This document shows, one piece after another, positions 11,691 to 25,340 of a stretch of DNA of 64,000 nucleotides (position 1 is the first letter of the stretch; each line of letters starts with the position of its first letter). Origin of the DNA: Octopus sinensis (taxonomy: Eukaryota); NCBI RefSeq assembly GCF_006345805.1, contig NC_042998.1, forward strand, positions 19,406,001 through 19,470,000, in the 5' to 3' direction. Made by a program: the position numbers and the translations under genes. The notes beneath the pieces were generated by a model. It was not told where the DNA came from, did no database searches, and was given only the letters and a program-made list of their open reading frames with translations.

Positions 11691-12167
11691 AAAATATAAA
11701 AGAGTTGAAATACTTATGCCCCTTCGGTTTTTGTGTGTATGTGTGTACATGCGTTTGTATGTGTGCAAGTGTGTGTTCACGTCTGTGTGTATGTGTGTTT
11801 TTGTGTACATACAGTTGTAAATTAATGCTGCTGTTCACATAATATATTTATGAATCTGTCTTTTGTGGTAGTGTAAGGTTTTTTTCTCGTAGTGGGTAGT
11901 GTAAGGTTTTTTTCTCGGCTAACCGATTGTGGGGAATCTTTTTTTGAGTAGAAACATTTGCTTACCATGGCATTTTGCCTTTGAATGATTTTGAAAAAAG
12001 ATAGCCACGTACATGCGGGTTTATATGTGTTAATATTCATTTCTCTAGAAATATAATTTTGCTATTGCTTTGCTATTATTTTTGTTGTTTTTGAAATTAT
12101 TCAAGGAAATATCTACACGTGTATCTATGCGTGTAGATATGCATACATAGATACATCCATCCATATA

Positions 12168-12207
<40 letters not shown>

Positions 12208-12260
12208 TATATATATATATACGAAAGAAGGTTTGAAAATGCAATTTAAAATATGTTTAT

Positions 12261-12305
12261 TTACTTAACCGGTTTCACTCTTTGGAAAAAGATTGTCAAA
12301 AGTAA
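12261..12305 (-). ncRNA. Candidate minimal hammerhead with U3:A8 core
   Basis: Minus strand: ttactt-TTGACAA-tcttt(ttcc)aaaga-gt-GAA-A-ccgg-T-T-aagtaa. Confidence 0.5.
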
Positions 12306-12339
12306 CATAGAATATTATGAATTCAAAAAAAATTTACAT

Positions 12340-12621
12340 AATTGCCACATTACATGTATATATACAGTCTTTGGTAACAGGGACATGTTAAGGACATTAC
12401 AACAGTATGATGAGAATATTTGAAAAAATGGGCAGAAAAGAATAAAACAAATATATTATTGGAAGTTTGGTTGCGTTAATTATTGGTTGTTGCAAATTGC
12501 CACATTACATGTATATATACAGTCTTTGGTAACAGGGACATGTTAAGGACATAAGAAAGTACAACAGTATGATGAGAATATTTGAAAAAATGGGCAGAAA
12601 AGATTAAAACAAATATATTAT
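12340..12621 (+). repeat. Direct duplication of about 120 bp, period 155
   Basis: aattgccacattacatg...aaaacaaatatattat starting at 12340 and at 12495. Confidence 0.9.
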
Positions 12622-12659
12622 ACATCTCAGGGTCAGTACAGAATATTATGAATTCAAGG

Positions 12660-13030
12660 CGAGGTTGTTTACTGACCTGTCCGTTTTAGCAGAAATGTAG
12701 AATTGAAAAAGATGTACCCGTTTTTTTCTTTTTTTGGCTTTCCTTCAAGCATCAATGATTTTGGGTTTAGGATGAAGTGAATATGTGTGTCTCTGGGATG
12801 GGGGTGAAAATCTTGGATAGATTTTAAAATTGATGCCACCATCATGTGTGCAATATTGGAGGAATATTTTCCACATAACACAATAGTGTTCGAAATAGTG
12901 GTTGAGTTTTTTTAGTCGATCCCAATAATTAATGCCTCTCATGCCATCTATCTTTCTTGTGATGGACCTCGGGAGTGCTTCTACGTTCATAATGAATTGT
13001 TTCGTATGGGAGGACCACTGTGGGCAACAG
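12660..13030 (-). mobile_element. CR1-like LINE ORF2 C-terminal fragment
   Basis: YCCPQWSSH...VEALPRSITRKIDGMRGINYWDRLKKLN...MWKI, the post-RT motif pattern also seen at 29095-29680. Confidence 0.75.
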
Positions 13031-13043
13031 TACATATATATAT

Positions 13044-13087
<44 letters not shown>

Positions 13088-13996
13088 TAATATATGTATA
13101 TATGCATATATATGCATATACCTGTGTGGTAGGTTCTCTATGTATGTCTGTATGTGTGTATGCATGTACGTGTACGTGTGAGGATGTGTGTGACTACGTA
13201 AAGTATTTATGTTATTGAAAATAAATGTGAAATTTATACTTTTGGGTTGAACAGCTAATGGTTGGAGGAAATGTTTCGAATAAATGTTGTCATTTATACA
13301 TAAGCTGCAAAATTTCCCACATGCTACATTTAAGTTCCTATTAATGTGCAACGATTTATCATCATAATGTTCGGATTTCTTACATAATGCATATTTAGTC
13401 TGTCAAAAAAAATGCTTTGCTGGATTTCTTGCCGCTTTTCAAAATTTCAATTTAAATCGACCAGACGCTGCCAACTTATTCAGCGGCAAATTAAAATACG
13501 GCATTATAAATAATCTCTGACGAGGAAAACTTGTTCGAACACTATTTGCATACAATAAGTTTTAAATTTGTAATAAATTTATCGCTAACGATTATATCCG
13601 AATTTATAGCTCTGGTCATTACGGATTTGATATGTAGAACCATATAGTATATTATGATATATTTGCATACATATTTGTGCATCCACTTCAAAGAAAATAT
13701 TTCTATAGACCATACTATCTGGCTTCCATTAGTTGTGAAGTATTGTAATATTGAATGTGCTTTCTTTATGTTGAGTGATGGATATTACTACATAGAGTAA
13801 CATATCTGACTTGATACATACGGATCAATGTTATATTCCGAACGCTAGAAACTCTAACTGCTACAGTAGTAGCGGCTATCTGGTCAGGTATCACTTGGCC
13901 GACCAACGTGGGAGTGTTACCAACTGGGAGGAATGTGTCACTCAATGGTTAGAAATTGCAGCAAAATCTTCCATTCTGTTACTCTGTAACTTGTTT

Positions 13997-14202
13997 CATG
14001 CTGGAGCACCACCTTTAATCGAGCAAATCGACCCCAGGACTTATTCTTTGTAAGCCTAGTACTTATTCTATCGGTCTCTTTTCTCGAACCGCTAAGTTAC
14101 GGGTATGTAAACACACCAGCATCTGTTGTCAGCGATGTTGGGGGTACAAACACAAATACACAAACATATACACATATATACATATATATATATATATATA
14201 TT

Positions 14203-14281
<79 letters not shown>

Positions 14282-14419
14282 CAACGGGCTTCTTTCAGTT
14301 TCTGTCTACCAAATCCACTCACAAGGTTTTGGTCGGCCCGAGGCTATAGTAGAAGACACTTGCCCAAGGTGCAACACAGTGGGACTGAACCCGGAACCAT
14401 GTGGTTCGTAAGCAAGCTA
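13997..14419 (-). mobile_element. SINE family B
   Basis: Reverse complement of the family B body and head with an internal (TA)n. Confidence 0.9.
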
Positions 14420-15764
14420 TAACTTTTTTATAAAAGAATGACCACATTGAGTAATATAAAGCGTGTATATTCTGACTAGGAATAATTTAAATAATTTTTT
14501 TTTTAAATCTGCTCAGTCGGTGCATGTGCAACACGTATATGGAAATGATTTATTCATGTATGATGTCATATCATCGGAATTTATTACGTTCTCACACGAG
14601 CAAATACTGTAAAAGTTTTTTGGTAGGATGAAACACCAGTTAAGAGTAGGATTCTATAAAGATCTGACTATAACAGCCTTGATTTTCTTTTTCAAATGAT
14701 ATTAGTATAACTGCTTTAGCTGTTGATAACTATATTAGATTATATAGTTGCAGCAACAGACATAAGAACCTGTTCTATTATGCATAGAGTTAGATAAAAT
14801 ATGAATGTCTTTGATTTGTATATATCCCTGATAAGTATATTTGGTGTTAAACATCAGCATTATAAATGCTAGTTTTCCGCGTTAACCGTTGCAATTGTGT
14901 AGCTGTATGCACGGCAGACAAATAATATTATATACATATGTCTATATATATAGAGTAATATATAGTAATATAGAGTAATAAAAATATAGAGTGAGCAGAA
15001 AAGTGCCCGGTCGCTTAAATACAAAATATTGTATTCCTAAAGCCACAATATGTCTCCATTTGTGCCTACATATCTGAGTCAGCGAAGAATGTGAATACGA
15101 TTGCACAAACCAATGCCTTAGCCTTAAATAATAATTTTTTATGCAACAAAGTGTAACAAAATGTCTTTCAACTGTCAGCCTAGCTTCTTAAAGAAGGAAA
15201 ACTACTAGAAATTATTTGTTGTAAATATACATTAAGTGGAAAGGCATCACAATCAATGATATATGAAACATCTTTTGGACGTATTTTTGTCTCCATGAAA
15301 GTATATAAAAGAGCTCATATTTATTGAGGTCCTACACGTCAAAGAACAAAACACGATTCCTCCGGATGCACAATTTTAGGTTTGATCTACAAGGAAATAA
15401 CAACAAAGACAAACGTCAAACACACCGATTTATAAATAAGGAATCAGACACGGCAAAGAAACACAAAAGAGAAATCAGAAATATCAAAACAAATTATGTC
15501 CTATTCGGGATAAATGCTGTGTATTATTTATTATTTATGTGTTCCTTTCCTGAAAAGATCATCTTCTATCCATCTATATTTTAGGGTTGCTATATTCGTG
15601 TCTGGGTCTTACATTGATACTGAGAAAGAGTAGAACTCTATTACAGTCATATCAATGTCGCCCAAATTCGAATCGATAAGAAGCACTCGTAAGCTAAAGA
15701 AATTCTCAATAGTTAGGTATTACAAACGCACACACATATACACATATGTATATAACTATATATA

Positions 15765-15810
<46 letters not shown>

Positions 15811-15944
15811 ATAAATATATAATATTTACACTATATAAATATACATATACAGGAATATATATATTGACATATACACACACAAGCACTCGCCCACAAATAC
15901 ACACACACACACATACACACACATACACACATACACACACACAC

Positions 15945-15975
<31 letters not shown>

Positions 15976-16044
15976 CATATAGAGAGAGAGTGAGAGACAG
16001 AGATAGTGAGATAGGTAGGTAGGTAGACAAACAAACAGACAGAA

Positions 16045-16046
16045 AA

Positions 16047-16115
<69 letters not shown>

Positions 16116-16128
16116 CAAATAGATAGAT
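16045..16128. repeat. (GATA)n microsatellite
   Basis: Direct reading; similar runs at about 41858-41898 and 63295-63317. Confidence 0.95.
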
Positions 16129-16468
16129 ACTATTTTCATGATCAAATGGAGACACAGGACCTTATGCACGAAATACATTCAAACGGAAAATGTAATATCT
16201 AATATAATTTTCTTTTTGTTTTAACATTGCTTTGAGCACAAATATGCAGAGAATGGAAAATATGCCAAATGGAAGGAATCCATAAAATTTGGTGATGGAT
16301 TTATTGTTTATGGCATAAACCCAGTAACATATATACCGTTTGTATGTGTATGCGTGTGTATTGTGGAGGGTGACGTGTACGCTTCTATTTTTCTTTCTGT
16401 CATCTGCTCTCTCTCTCTCTCACACACACACTCTCTCTCTGTACATATGTATATATAAACACACGCAC

Positions 16469-16537
<69 letters not shown>

Positions 16538-16679
16538 GCACACACATATAATATGTTATATATGGATCATACATACGTGAATAAAGATATGCTCTCTCAT
16601 CTGCAAATACACACACACATTCGCACACGTATACATGTATACGTATATGTGTGTGTGTGCATGATATATAATATATATA

Positions 16680-16738
<59 letters not shown>

Positions 16739-16786
16739 ATATATATATACACTTCATTATAAAACTTTAAGAACATCACGAAGGTA

Positions 16787-16840
16787 TCACAAAAACTGCT
16801 GCCGCAGCGTTTCACGTTGCCGTTCGTCGGAGAGTTGTGA
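16787..16840 (-). ncRNA. Decayed hammerhead, same family as 51344-51381
   Basis: Minus strand: aactct-CCGACGA-acg(gcaa)cgt-GAA-A-cgctgcg-g-c-agcagtt; U4C, and U16.1 is lost. Confidence 0.4.
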
Positions 16841-16931
16841 TGAAACATTACTGTACTTCCGACATTCGAGTACCATTTTTCCCACTTTGTTTGACATTTT
16901 TGCACCTACTCTGTTATATATATATATACAT

Positions 16932-17133
16932 TCTTTTATTTTATTTGTTTCAGCGATTTGACTGCGGCCATACTAGAGCAGCACTGCTTTTAGTCGAACA
17001 AATCGAATACAGGACATATTCGGTGTAAGCCTAGTACTTATCCTATCGGTCTCTATTGCAGAACCGATACGTTCCGGGTACATAAACCCACCAACACCTC
17101 GTATCAAGCGGCGCTGGGTTAACAAACACACAC
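16932..17133 (-). mobile_element. SINE family B 3' half
   Basis: tttgactgcggccat...aagcctagtacttatcctatcggtctc. Confidence 0.8.
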
Positions 17134-17490
17134 AAGTATATGATGAATAAATTCAACTAGCAAATTATACCTGACATCAATCATAAACCAAAGGACTCGA
17201 AACAATGTCTCTTCTTTAACTCATGACACCCGAAACACATCAAACTAAATCAGAAGCTGGAATGTAGTCATTCAAGAACAGGAGCAGTTTCCACCAATGT
17301 CCGACCACATTTGAACTGGAAATCACAGTCCTTGACTATGTCGTATGATGGTGCATCGTCACCATAAACTTTTACCAATAATAATACTGTATATGAATTG
17401 AGATGTTTGCCTTGCCTTAATGTTTGTTGTACTCTTTAACAATTATACACACACATACATATAAATACACACACACACACACACACATAC

Positions 17491-17521
<31 letters not shown>

Positions 17522-17574
17522 CATATATATATATATATATATTATAGAGCCATTTAATGCATATATATTATAAA

Positions 17575-17912
17575 GGGTAAAGACCCCCTTCGGTTCTGTC
17601 AGATGACCATGGGATTGCACCTAGAAAGTTACCCTCCTAGACAAAGTCCGAGCAAGGTTGTTTATGGAAGGCCAGCAGTCGCCCATGCATACCAGCCTCC
17701 CCTCTCCACGACACAAGTGTTTTCCAAGGAAAGACAAAGGTCGATACAGTTTGGCACCCATGACGTCGCAACTCATTTCTACAGCTGAGTGAACTGGAGC
17801 AACGTGAAAATAAGTGCCTGCTCAAGAACACAACACGCAGCCCGGTCGGGATTCGAGCTCACAACCTCACGATCGTAAGCTCGACGCCTAACCACTGAGC
17901 CATGCGCCTTCA
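17575..17912 (-). mobile_element. tRNA-derived SINE with RTE-like tail
   Basis: Revcomp head ggcgcatggctcagtggttagg...ctcgaatccc (A/B boxes); tail ggtcatctgacagaaccgaagggg resembles the RTE tail at 10320-10347. Confidence 0.8.
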
Positions 17913-17932
17913 TATATATATATATATATATG

Positions 17933-17967
<35 letters not shown>

Positions 17968-18042
17968 AATATATATATGTAAATACATATATATATATTT
18001 ACACAATAATTATATGTAAATGAAATATATTTACATATATAG

Positions 18043-18091
<49 letters not shown>

Positions 18092-18243
18092 TATATTTAC
18101 ATATATATATATAGATATATATATATGGAATATATATATATATATGTGTTAATATATATATATATGTGTGTGAATATATATATATATATTTACATATATA
18201 TATATATATATTTACTTTCTTATATATATATATTTACTTTCTT

Positions 18244-18447
18244 AGATGCAGCACGGACTTTGTCAGTGAACAGGTCGCGGATTTTAGCGACGAAAATATT
18301 TTGACAAATTAAACTTAAATGTTGAAGTGAATCGAACGGCTTTTGTGTCTCTCTTAAATGGCTTATAAACACCTTCCACGCTGCAATTGTTTTCGTTTCA
18401 GCACACGATCTCAGATCAAATTACTTGGTATGCGAGTACATCTCCGT
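18244..18447 (+). mobile_element. Short non-coding element embedded in (TA)n, containing an HHR-like fold
   Basis: Unique 204-bp island between AT runs; the end motifs agatgcagcacgga and acggagatg recur at 9845-9870. Confidence 0.6.
18259..18308 (+). ncRNA. Candidate minimal hammerhead with G3:C8 swapped core
   Basis: tttgtca-GTGAACA-g-gtcgc(ggatttta)gcgac-GAA-A-atat-T-T-tgacaaa. Confidence 0.55.
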
Positions 18448-18522
18448 AATATATATATATATATTTTACATATATATATACATTTTTAAGGATTTAAGGA
18501 TTTAAGGATATATAATATTTAC

Positions 18523-18584
<62 letters not shown>

Positions 18585-18617
18585 TATATAATATATATAT
18601 ATAAATTTCTACATATA

Positions 18618-18680
<63 letters not shown>

Positions 18681-19214
18681 GCTCTTGTATGTGTATGTAC
18701 ATGTATTGCGTGCTAAATAAAACGATACCTAAAACGGTAACCATGCTGCTTTTTGGGATTTCACATTCGTATAGAGATGTGAATGAATTACAAATTGGTC
18801 TCCCATAAGAACGAACCGATTTATGCAGTTAATCCGATTCTTTAATGTTTACGTCTACAACATCTGTTTCATGCTGGAAAATAATTTGATATAAGCAATA
18901 AACGAATTCAATTAAATCTAAGAGAAATATACCGATTCGGTGACAATCGTAGTAAAATCGTGCATGTATTGAACGTAGTCATCAAAAGATCATCTTATCA
19001 AGAATTGTCTTAAGCTGATGATGGGTTTGTTGAATAATCTGTCTTTATTCATTTTATTTTTCCTATTACGCTGTAGTTCTTTGAATTCCCGTGCGCATCG
19101 AAAAACGTTTATATTCTCAAATAAATTAAAAGAGACAAAAGAAATCTGTGAAATGTGTAAAAGTGTTCCGCAGCAAAACGTTCTCAACAAAACGGAATCT
19201 TTCACAATTATAGA

Positions 19215-19252
19215 AAAAATACTACTTTCAACAACAACGACAAATACTGCAT

Positions 19253-19304
<52 letters not shown>

Positions 19305-19430
19305 AACCAATAATAATAATGTTAATAATAATAGTAATAATATTAATAATAAAAATAATAATGACAATAATAATAATAATAATAATAATAATGATGATGA
19401 TAATGATGATGATGATGATGATGATGATGC
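19215..19430. repeat. Compound trinucleotide microsatellite (ACA/ACT/AAT/GAT)
   Basis: Direct reading; explains ORFs 19018-19461 and 18990-19367. Confidence 0.95.
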
Positions 19431-19970
19431 AGTACCAGGCAGTGACTCTCGTGGTTTCTGAACTTACTTAATTGCATGTCTTATCATGTATATCGTTTTG
19501 TCTTGGTATAAAAACGGGCTACAGCAAATATTCTGCTCAATACCACAAATTTGCTTGTCAGTTGTTTGACCATAACCAGTTGACCATGTCCCTTAGTGGC
19601 TGACGATATGTGCATCTCTGATCACGAGCAGAGGTAGTGGGGAGCATCATAGCCGTGTGTTGAAAGGAATTCTTTCAGGTTTGAATAATTCACCTTTGGA
19701 AACATGGGTGTTTCAACATCCTTAAACAACCCGTATTCAGGGACCTTTTGAGTGGGATAGGTTACTCAACTAGAAGAAAATTCTAATAGGGCCCCACCTG
19801 CAAGGTCATGTGCTGTTTATCTTGATATGAGATCACCATGTTGCGCACATATGGTTCTGATGCATGTGCTTAGTGTACCCTTATCAGACGGGTGGCCATG
19901 ATGTGTATATTGGGCTTCGTATATTTTACCTCAGTATCACTTTGATGGCATGCACTGCTCTCACATTCAA
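19428..19970 (+). mobile_element. About 540-bp dispersed repeat inside a trinucleotide microsatellite (partial second copy 56672-56978)
   Basis: ttcaacatccttaa...gctgtttatcttgatat...gtacccttatca...cactttgatggcatg(c/t)actgctctc occurs in both copies. Confidence 0.75.
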
Positions 19971-19977
19971 CAACAAC

Positions 19978-20036
<59 letters not shown>

Positions 20037-21810
20037 TAGTAATAATAATGATAATAATAATAATAATGATGATGATGATGATGATAGAACTGTTATTATT
20101 TCTACAACTAACTGAAGCTTCCCTTTTTGATCAATATGTATTTTGACAAAGAGATGATAATCAATGTTAGCTGCAAGCAAGACTTGATGAATCTTAATTA
20201 TAACCAAAGTGTTTCCAGCCATAACCATTCCACCTATGTACTTTTCTTTCCTCTTTCACATTCACTCTACTCGAAACTACAGCGTGTGTTACGTTGTATA
20301 TTAGTCGTAGTTCTCATTCTTATGTTTCTAATCACATAGATTATGTTAATAAATTTATCTGCAGTAAACTGAGTTTTGTAATTCGTTTACAGATATTTTC
20401 GCTTTTGTAGAAGTCGCAAAAATACATTTCAGAGAGAGAAAGAGAGAGAAATAGAGCTTCGGAGAGAGAGGGAGAGAGAGAGTTAGAGATACACAGCGAG
20501 ACAAAATTTAAGCCAATGAGTGTGTGAGTGTGAAAGGAAGAAAGAAAGATGAAAAGGAAGGAAAGAATGAAATGATTTGCAACCACAAATAAGTAGTATA
20601 TTGACAATCGACATTATGTTTTCATCTGTTATAATCCTGTTCTGCTGTATTCTGTTGTCGTAAGTACGAGATTAATATAGTTACGTATTGTAGACTTAGA
20701 CTGGATTCTTTAAAAGAAAATATTCTTTATTGGACTAATATTGATTTTCCGAGCGCCGAATATACATACATACATGCCTGTGTGTATGTGTGTGTGTGTG
20801 TTGTAGCAAAACTGTTGTAATCTTTATGGATATTTAAAATTATCATTTTCAGTACAAACATCCTCTTTAAAAATCACCAAATTCACCCAGTTAATGTTTT
20901 ACGAAATAAATTTCAATAATAAATTTCACGAAATATATCTTTGAGACATCAGCTACTTTATTATTCTTGCACATCACGAAATGTAATGCGATGCCCACGT
21001 ACTCACGCTGAAGGAGACACATACAGAATCTAGACGGCTGCATCACCTACTCACTGAAACCAGATTAACGAAAATTCACTTACATCACAGATATATCTTA
21101 TTATTGCATCAATCTTTACTACTTCCCTATTCGACCATAGAAATATAAATATGTATTTAAAATCTCCAGAACGGAGTGATAGCATGTACGCGGTATAGTC
21201 AAGAAAATGAATCAGTCTAGATTGAACCACATTACATTTTCTCTGAAATAGGATTCCATAGTTTGAGAAAAGATGCCTGTTTTAAACTAGACCGAGATTG
21301 TTGGTAAAAGCTGATTTTGTGTGGAAAGTTTTCGATTATTTATATTGTTAATCAGGCTTCACTTGTGGGTGGATACTTACAAAAACTCTAACTACATATA
21401 CCTCCAATTTCCATATAGAAACACATTTATCTCAGTCAAATCGAACGTTTAAAAAAAGAGAATTACTCATACATGCAATAATAGCATCATTTTTGTCAGT
21501 AACAGAAAGAGCAGAGACTCAGCCAAAAATATCCATTGCTATTGAACAATTACGTAACAGAGAAGGAATTTAACTTTTTAAAAATACACAAAACTGTTGC
21601 ACTTACTCTTTTATATTGATACATAGTATGACGTAATAGAAAATAACAAGAGCATTCCTCAAGTTTCTAAGATAGTGGGTGTCACAAAATTACAATGTTT
21701 CGTTCGAATGTCAGTCAATGGACAGTTTCATTCAGCTACAGATGATTTTTTCCCCCAATTTCTTAATTTAATAGATAGCGTAGTTAATGATAATTAAACG
21801 CTATAATAAA

Positions 21811-22201
21811 TCTCTCTATATATAAAGCTGAAGTTGTCTGTGTGTGGCAGGTTTGGTAGCCTTCAAAAAACACTATCTCCTCCGAGGCCCTGCGGCGCAA
21901 GTTGACCAAAAGTGAAAATGTGATAGAAGAAGGCTTACTCTTCCTTCCGTAGAAGAAACAATTCCAATCGGACCATGTTAAAACCAAAAATTATTTACAT
22001 CAAAAAGGTGCTTTTTTTCTATGAAAATCCCTAATTTCTACGATATTTTGACTGCTGTGTCACCATTTTTCGGTGTATTTCAACCATAAAAATGTTCATT
22101 TAAAGAGAATAACAAGCTACATAATGCAACATTTTACTTTTCAAAAATTCAAAATCTAAAGGGTTGAAACAAACTCGAGTAATGCCAGGCGATACTGCTA
22201 G
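21811..22201 (+). mobile_element. Non-autonomous Helitron
   Basis: a|TC...ctatatataaa 5' end; 3' ctcgagtaatgccaggcgatactgCTAG|t. Confidence 0.75.
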
Positions 22202-22957
22202 TATACTATATAGTTTGTTGGAAATGTCAGTGATGGGGATAAAAATAAGACAACAGTAAACTAAATCCCTAAGCAACAACGCGAATCGTAAGAATACAAA
22301 AACAAAGTAAAGATACACATACACAAACGGGCAGATGAGGAAATCTGTAAATAATTAACTTTTATATCAAACTTATAAAGAAAAATCATTAGTCACTTTC
22401 ATGATTAAAGAGAAATGTAAATAAGGAAACGAGAAGTTAACAAATGTAACATCTTTATGCATTTAATCTGGCAAGAGATTTCCAAAGAATGCATTTGTCA
22501 TATGCCAGTGAATGCCTCTCTTAGATGGGCATCAAAGTAGTTTAACATTTCACACTATTTAATAACATTAAGAAATAAACGTGAGTGTATTCAGCGACAT
22601 TTTGTTTACTTACAACATACTGACGTGTTAACCTTCAAAAGGTAATCTTTGATGAATTTAGTTGCCAAGCCAATACAACATCCAACGTGAACGTATATAT
22701 TTACAGTACTTTAGGTTTTGAATTAAGCATCGTACAAAACATAAATTTCACCTTTGTTACCCTAGCAGCTACATTGACATTAAACATTTAACTTGGCATC
22801 AAATTAATAGTCATCTGTAATTATTTAGTCACGATTACATTACACACATCAGGTTCAATAATGACAAGGAAAAATGACTACATATATTTCTACATATTTG
22901 AGGGTAAATATAACTCATTTTTATTTGTAAATTGTCTTGCTCTGAATTAATCCGATA

Positions 22958-23020
<63 letters not shown>

Positions 23021-23833
23021 GTGTGTGTGTGTGTGTGTTTAGAAGAGGAAGTTGGAAGATTCCTCTGGTTTATGGTGGGCCTAAATTTGGTCATGTATTT
23101 GTACTCTTGGCCACTGTATTTAGAACAACAAGCAGCTTCGTGCGCATGCAAGTCTCCATTCTACAACAACATTTACCAAAGTGAGAAACTCCCAATTGCA
23201 GGCCTCATTGTTAAAAAACCAAACCGTTATATTCGACACAAGAATGCACTATGCACTTTTCTCTAATTATTCCGCTAACCCATCGCACTTTATTGGTATG
23301 TTATATTGATACAAAAATGATGAAACGCAAAGTGGGTCGTCTGTGGTTGTAAATATAGAAACATCAAGAAATAATAAACGAACAGTCTAATGATGTATCT
23401 CGGCGCCAAACAACTACTTATTTAAGAATCTAATTTGTGAGAAGAGAACACGAAAATCACTTTATTTCATTTATTAGCACGCCTGTCATGATCCCGGAAG
23501 ATGCACAGTTCGAGTCATGCAGTTTATTAGTGAGATGAAAACATCTAATTTAGCATCGATGCTTAATTTGGCACAATCAGTGGCGTGTCATTCTTATAGA
23601 AGATTCCTGGTTCGAGATCCGTCGATAACATTCGGTGTTATTTTTCGACATGTAATTTGTCTTAAACCATCATATTGCAAGCTATCACTTATAGTTGCCT
23701 TTGCTTCGAGATACACCATTAAGCAATGTATTTGCACACACACACACACACACACCACACACACACACACACACATAAAATAAATGTGTTTGTATGTTTC
23801 TATATCTATATCTCTTCGCAACGTACACCAGTG

Positions 23834-23876
<43 letters not shown>

Positions 23877-23967
23877 TTATATATATATATATATACATAC
23901 ATACATATATACACACAAACACACACAAACACACACAAACACACACACATAAACACACACTCACACA

Positions 23968-24017
<50 letters not shown>

Positions 24018-25027
24018 CACACAAATATGTTTATCGATATATGTATGATTCTTACAATATACGTTTAGTCATTTACGCTTCAGTAGTCAATAACATTTCT
24101 TATTCAAACTTCTATATCCATATCGAACTGCAAATTTTCGGAAACGATATTCATTTGCAGCTAGATGTTTCTTGTGACAATTTATATATTTCTTTAAGTC
24201 GCAGACACGTAGGTATTATAGAAACACGATTCACTGAAAACGTTCGATTCAGTCATTTATATTGTATATCTTTTAACATTTCTCTTATATTCTTTCAAAG
24301 ATTTATTTACGTATCAACAAAAAGTGCATTACTTACCAAATTTCTATTTTCTATTCAGTTAAAAATGCGCCAATGACCATTTTCTTTAACAGCTAAAAAT
24401 CTCTGTCAGCATTTCAAATAATTCTCTATTTCATTCTCATTGCTCATTCTTTGTTGACACATGAAAAATAGTTTTCTTCGTCACATTTCCATGATTATTC
24501 CATTGAAATGGTTTCGTCCGTTAAATATTAGTCAGCCAGTTAAAAACATTTATAAAAATTTTAAACACCAGGCTTAGCATGAAAGATGGCACTGATAGCA
24601 TTTCTAGGTTGTGCATTAAATTTGAAAGCAGATAAAGCAAAATACAATAAATGAATACCAATCTTGTATCACTGTCATGTTTCTAGACGCACAAGAAGTG
24701 GGTTCTAAAAAACAAAACAAATCACGCATGCGTAGGGTCCAGGCCTTCGTCAACATCAGTAGTTGACGATAAAATTAAAACCCTAAAACAGTGGTTTCCA
24801 AACCGTGCGTGTTGGCGCACTGGTTCGTCGCAAGTTGTAATTAGGTGCGCCTCGAAAAAGTAAGATCATATTTGAAAATATGAAAAAAAAAACCGAAATT
24901 CACTAGAAAATTCATATATAAATGTCAAAGTGGCAAAAAAAATAAATAAATACCAAGTTCTAAACTAAGAATGGAAGGTGATTGCGTCGTTCAATTCATT
25001 AGGCTACTTATGGTTTAACAGTGTAAT

Positions 25028-25231
25028 TGTGGAAGGAAAAACTACAAGCGACAAGAGATGACGCCACGTCAGCAAGGTAGAAGAAACGTTTTTGTGTTTT
25101 GTCTTTCCTGGGACGCCAATTGTGAGAGACAGAGGTTGTGAGAACATGGGTAAAGAATTGATCAATCTGCCGGCTGTACCTGATTGCCAGTCGAGGTAAG
25201 AATAATTTTATTTACGTGCCTTTAAACCACA
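25028..25231 (+). mobile_element. Putative LTR
   Basis: tgtgg...ccaca termini directly upstream of a gag-like ORF; no clear PBS and no second LTR seen. Confidence 0.45.
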
Positions 25232-25340
25232 AGCTATTTGGGCACGTTATTACCAGCTGTGAGGAGACGCAGAGATGTAGATTTTTAAAAATAAATTTTG
25301 TTCTTCTTGTTCTTCATTTGTAATAGCCCTAAAAATTAGA

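Noticed and set aside
13511-13550. ctgacga...ttcgaac
   Set aside because: A15.1 is missing and there is no stem I or stem III
19018-19461. 147-aa ORF with a signal-peptide-like start and a Thr/Asn/Asp-rich tail
   Set aside because: The tail is a compound microsatellite, the N-terminus has no recognisable homology, and there is no splice evidence
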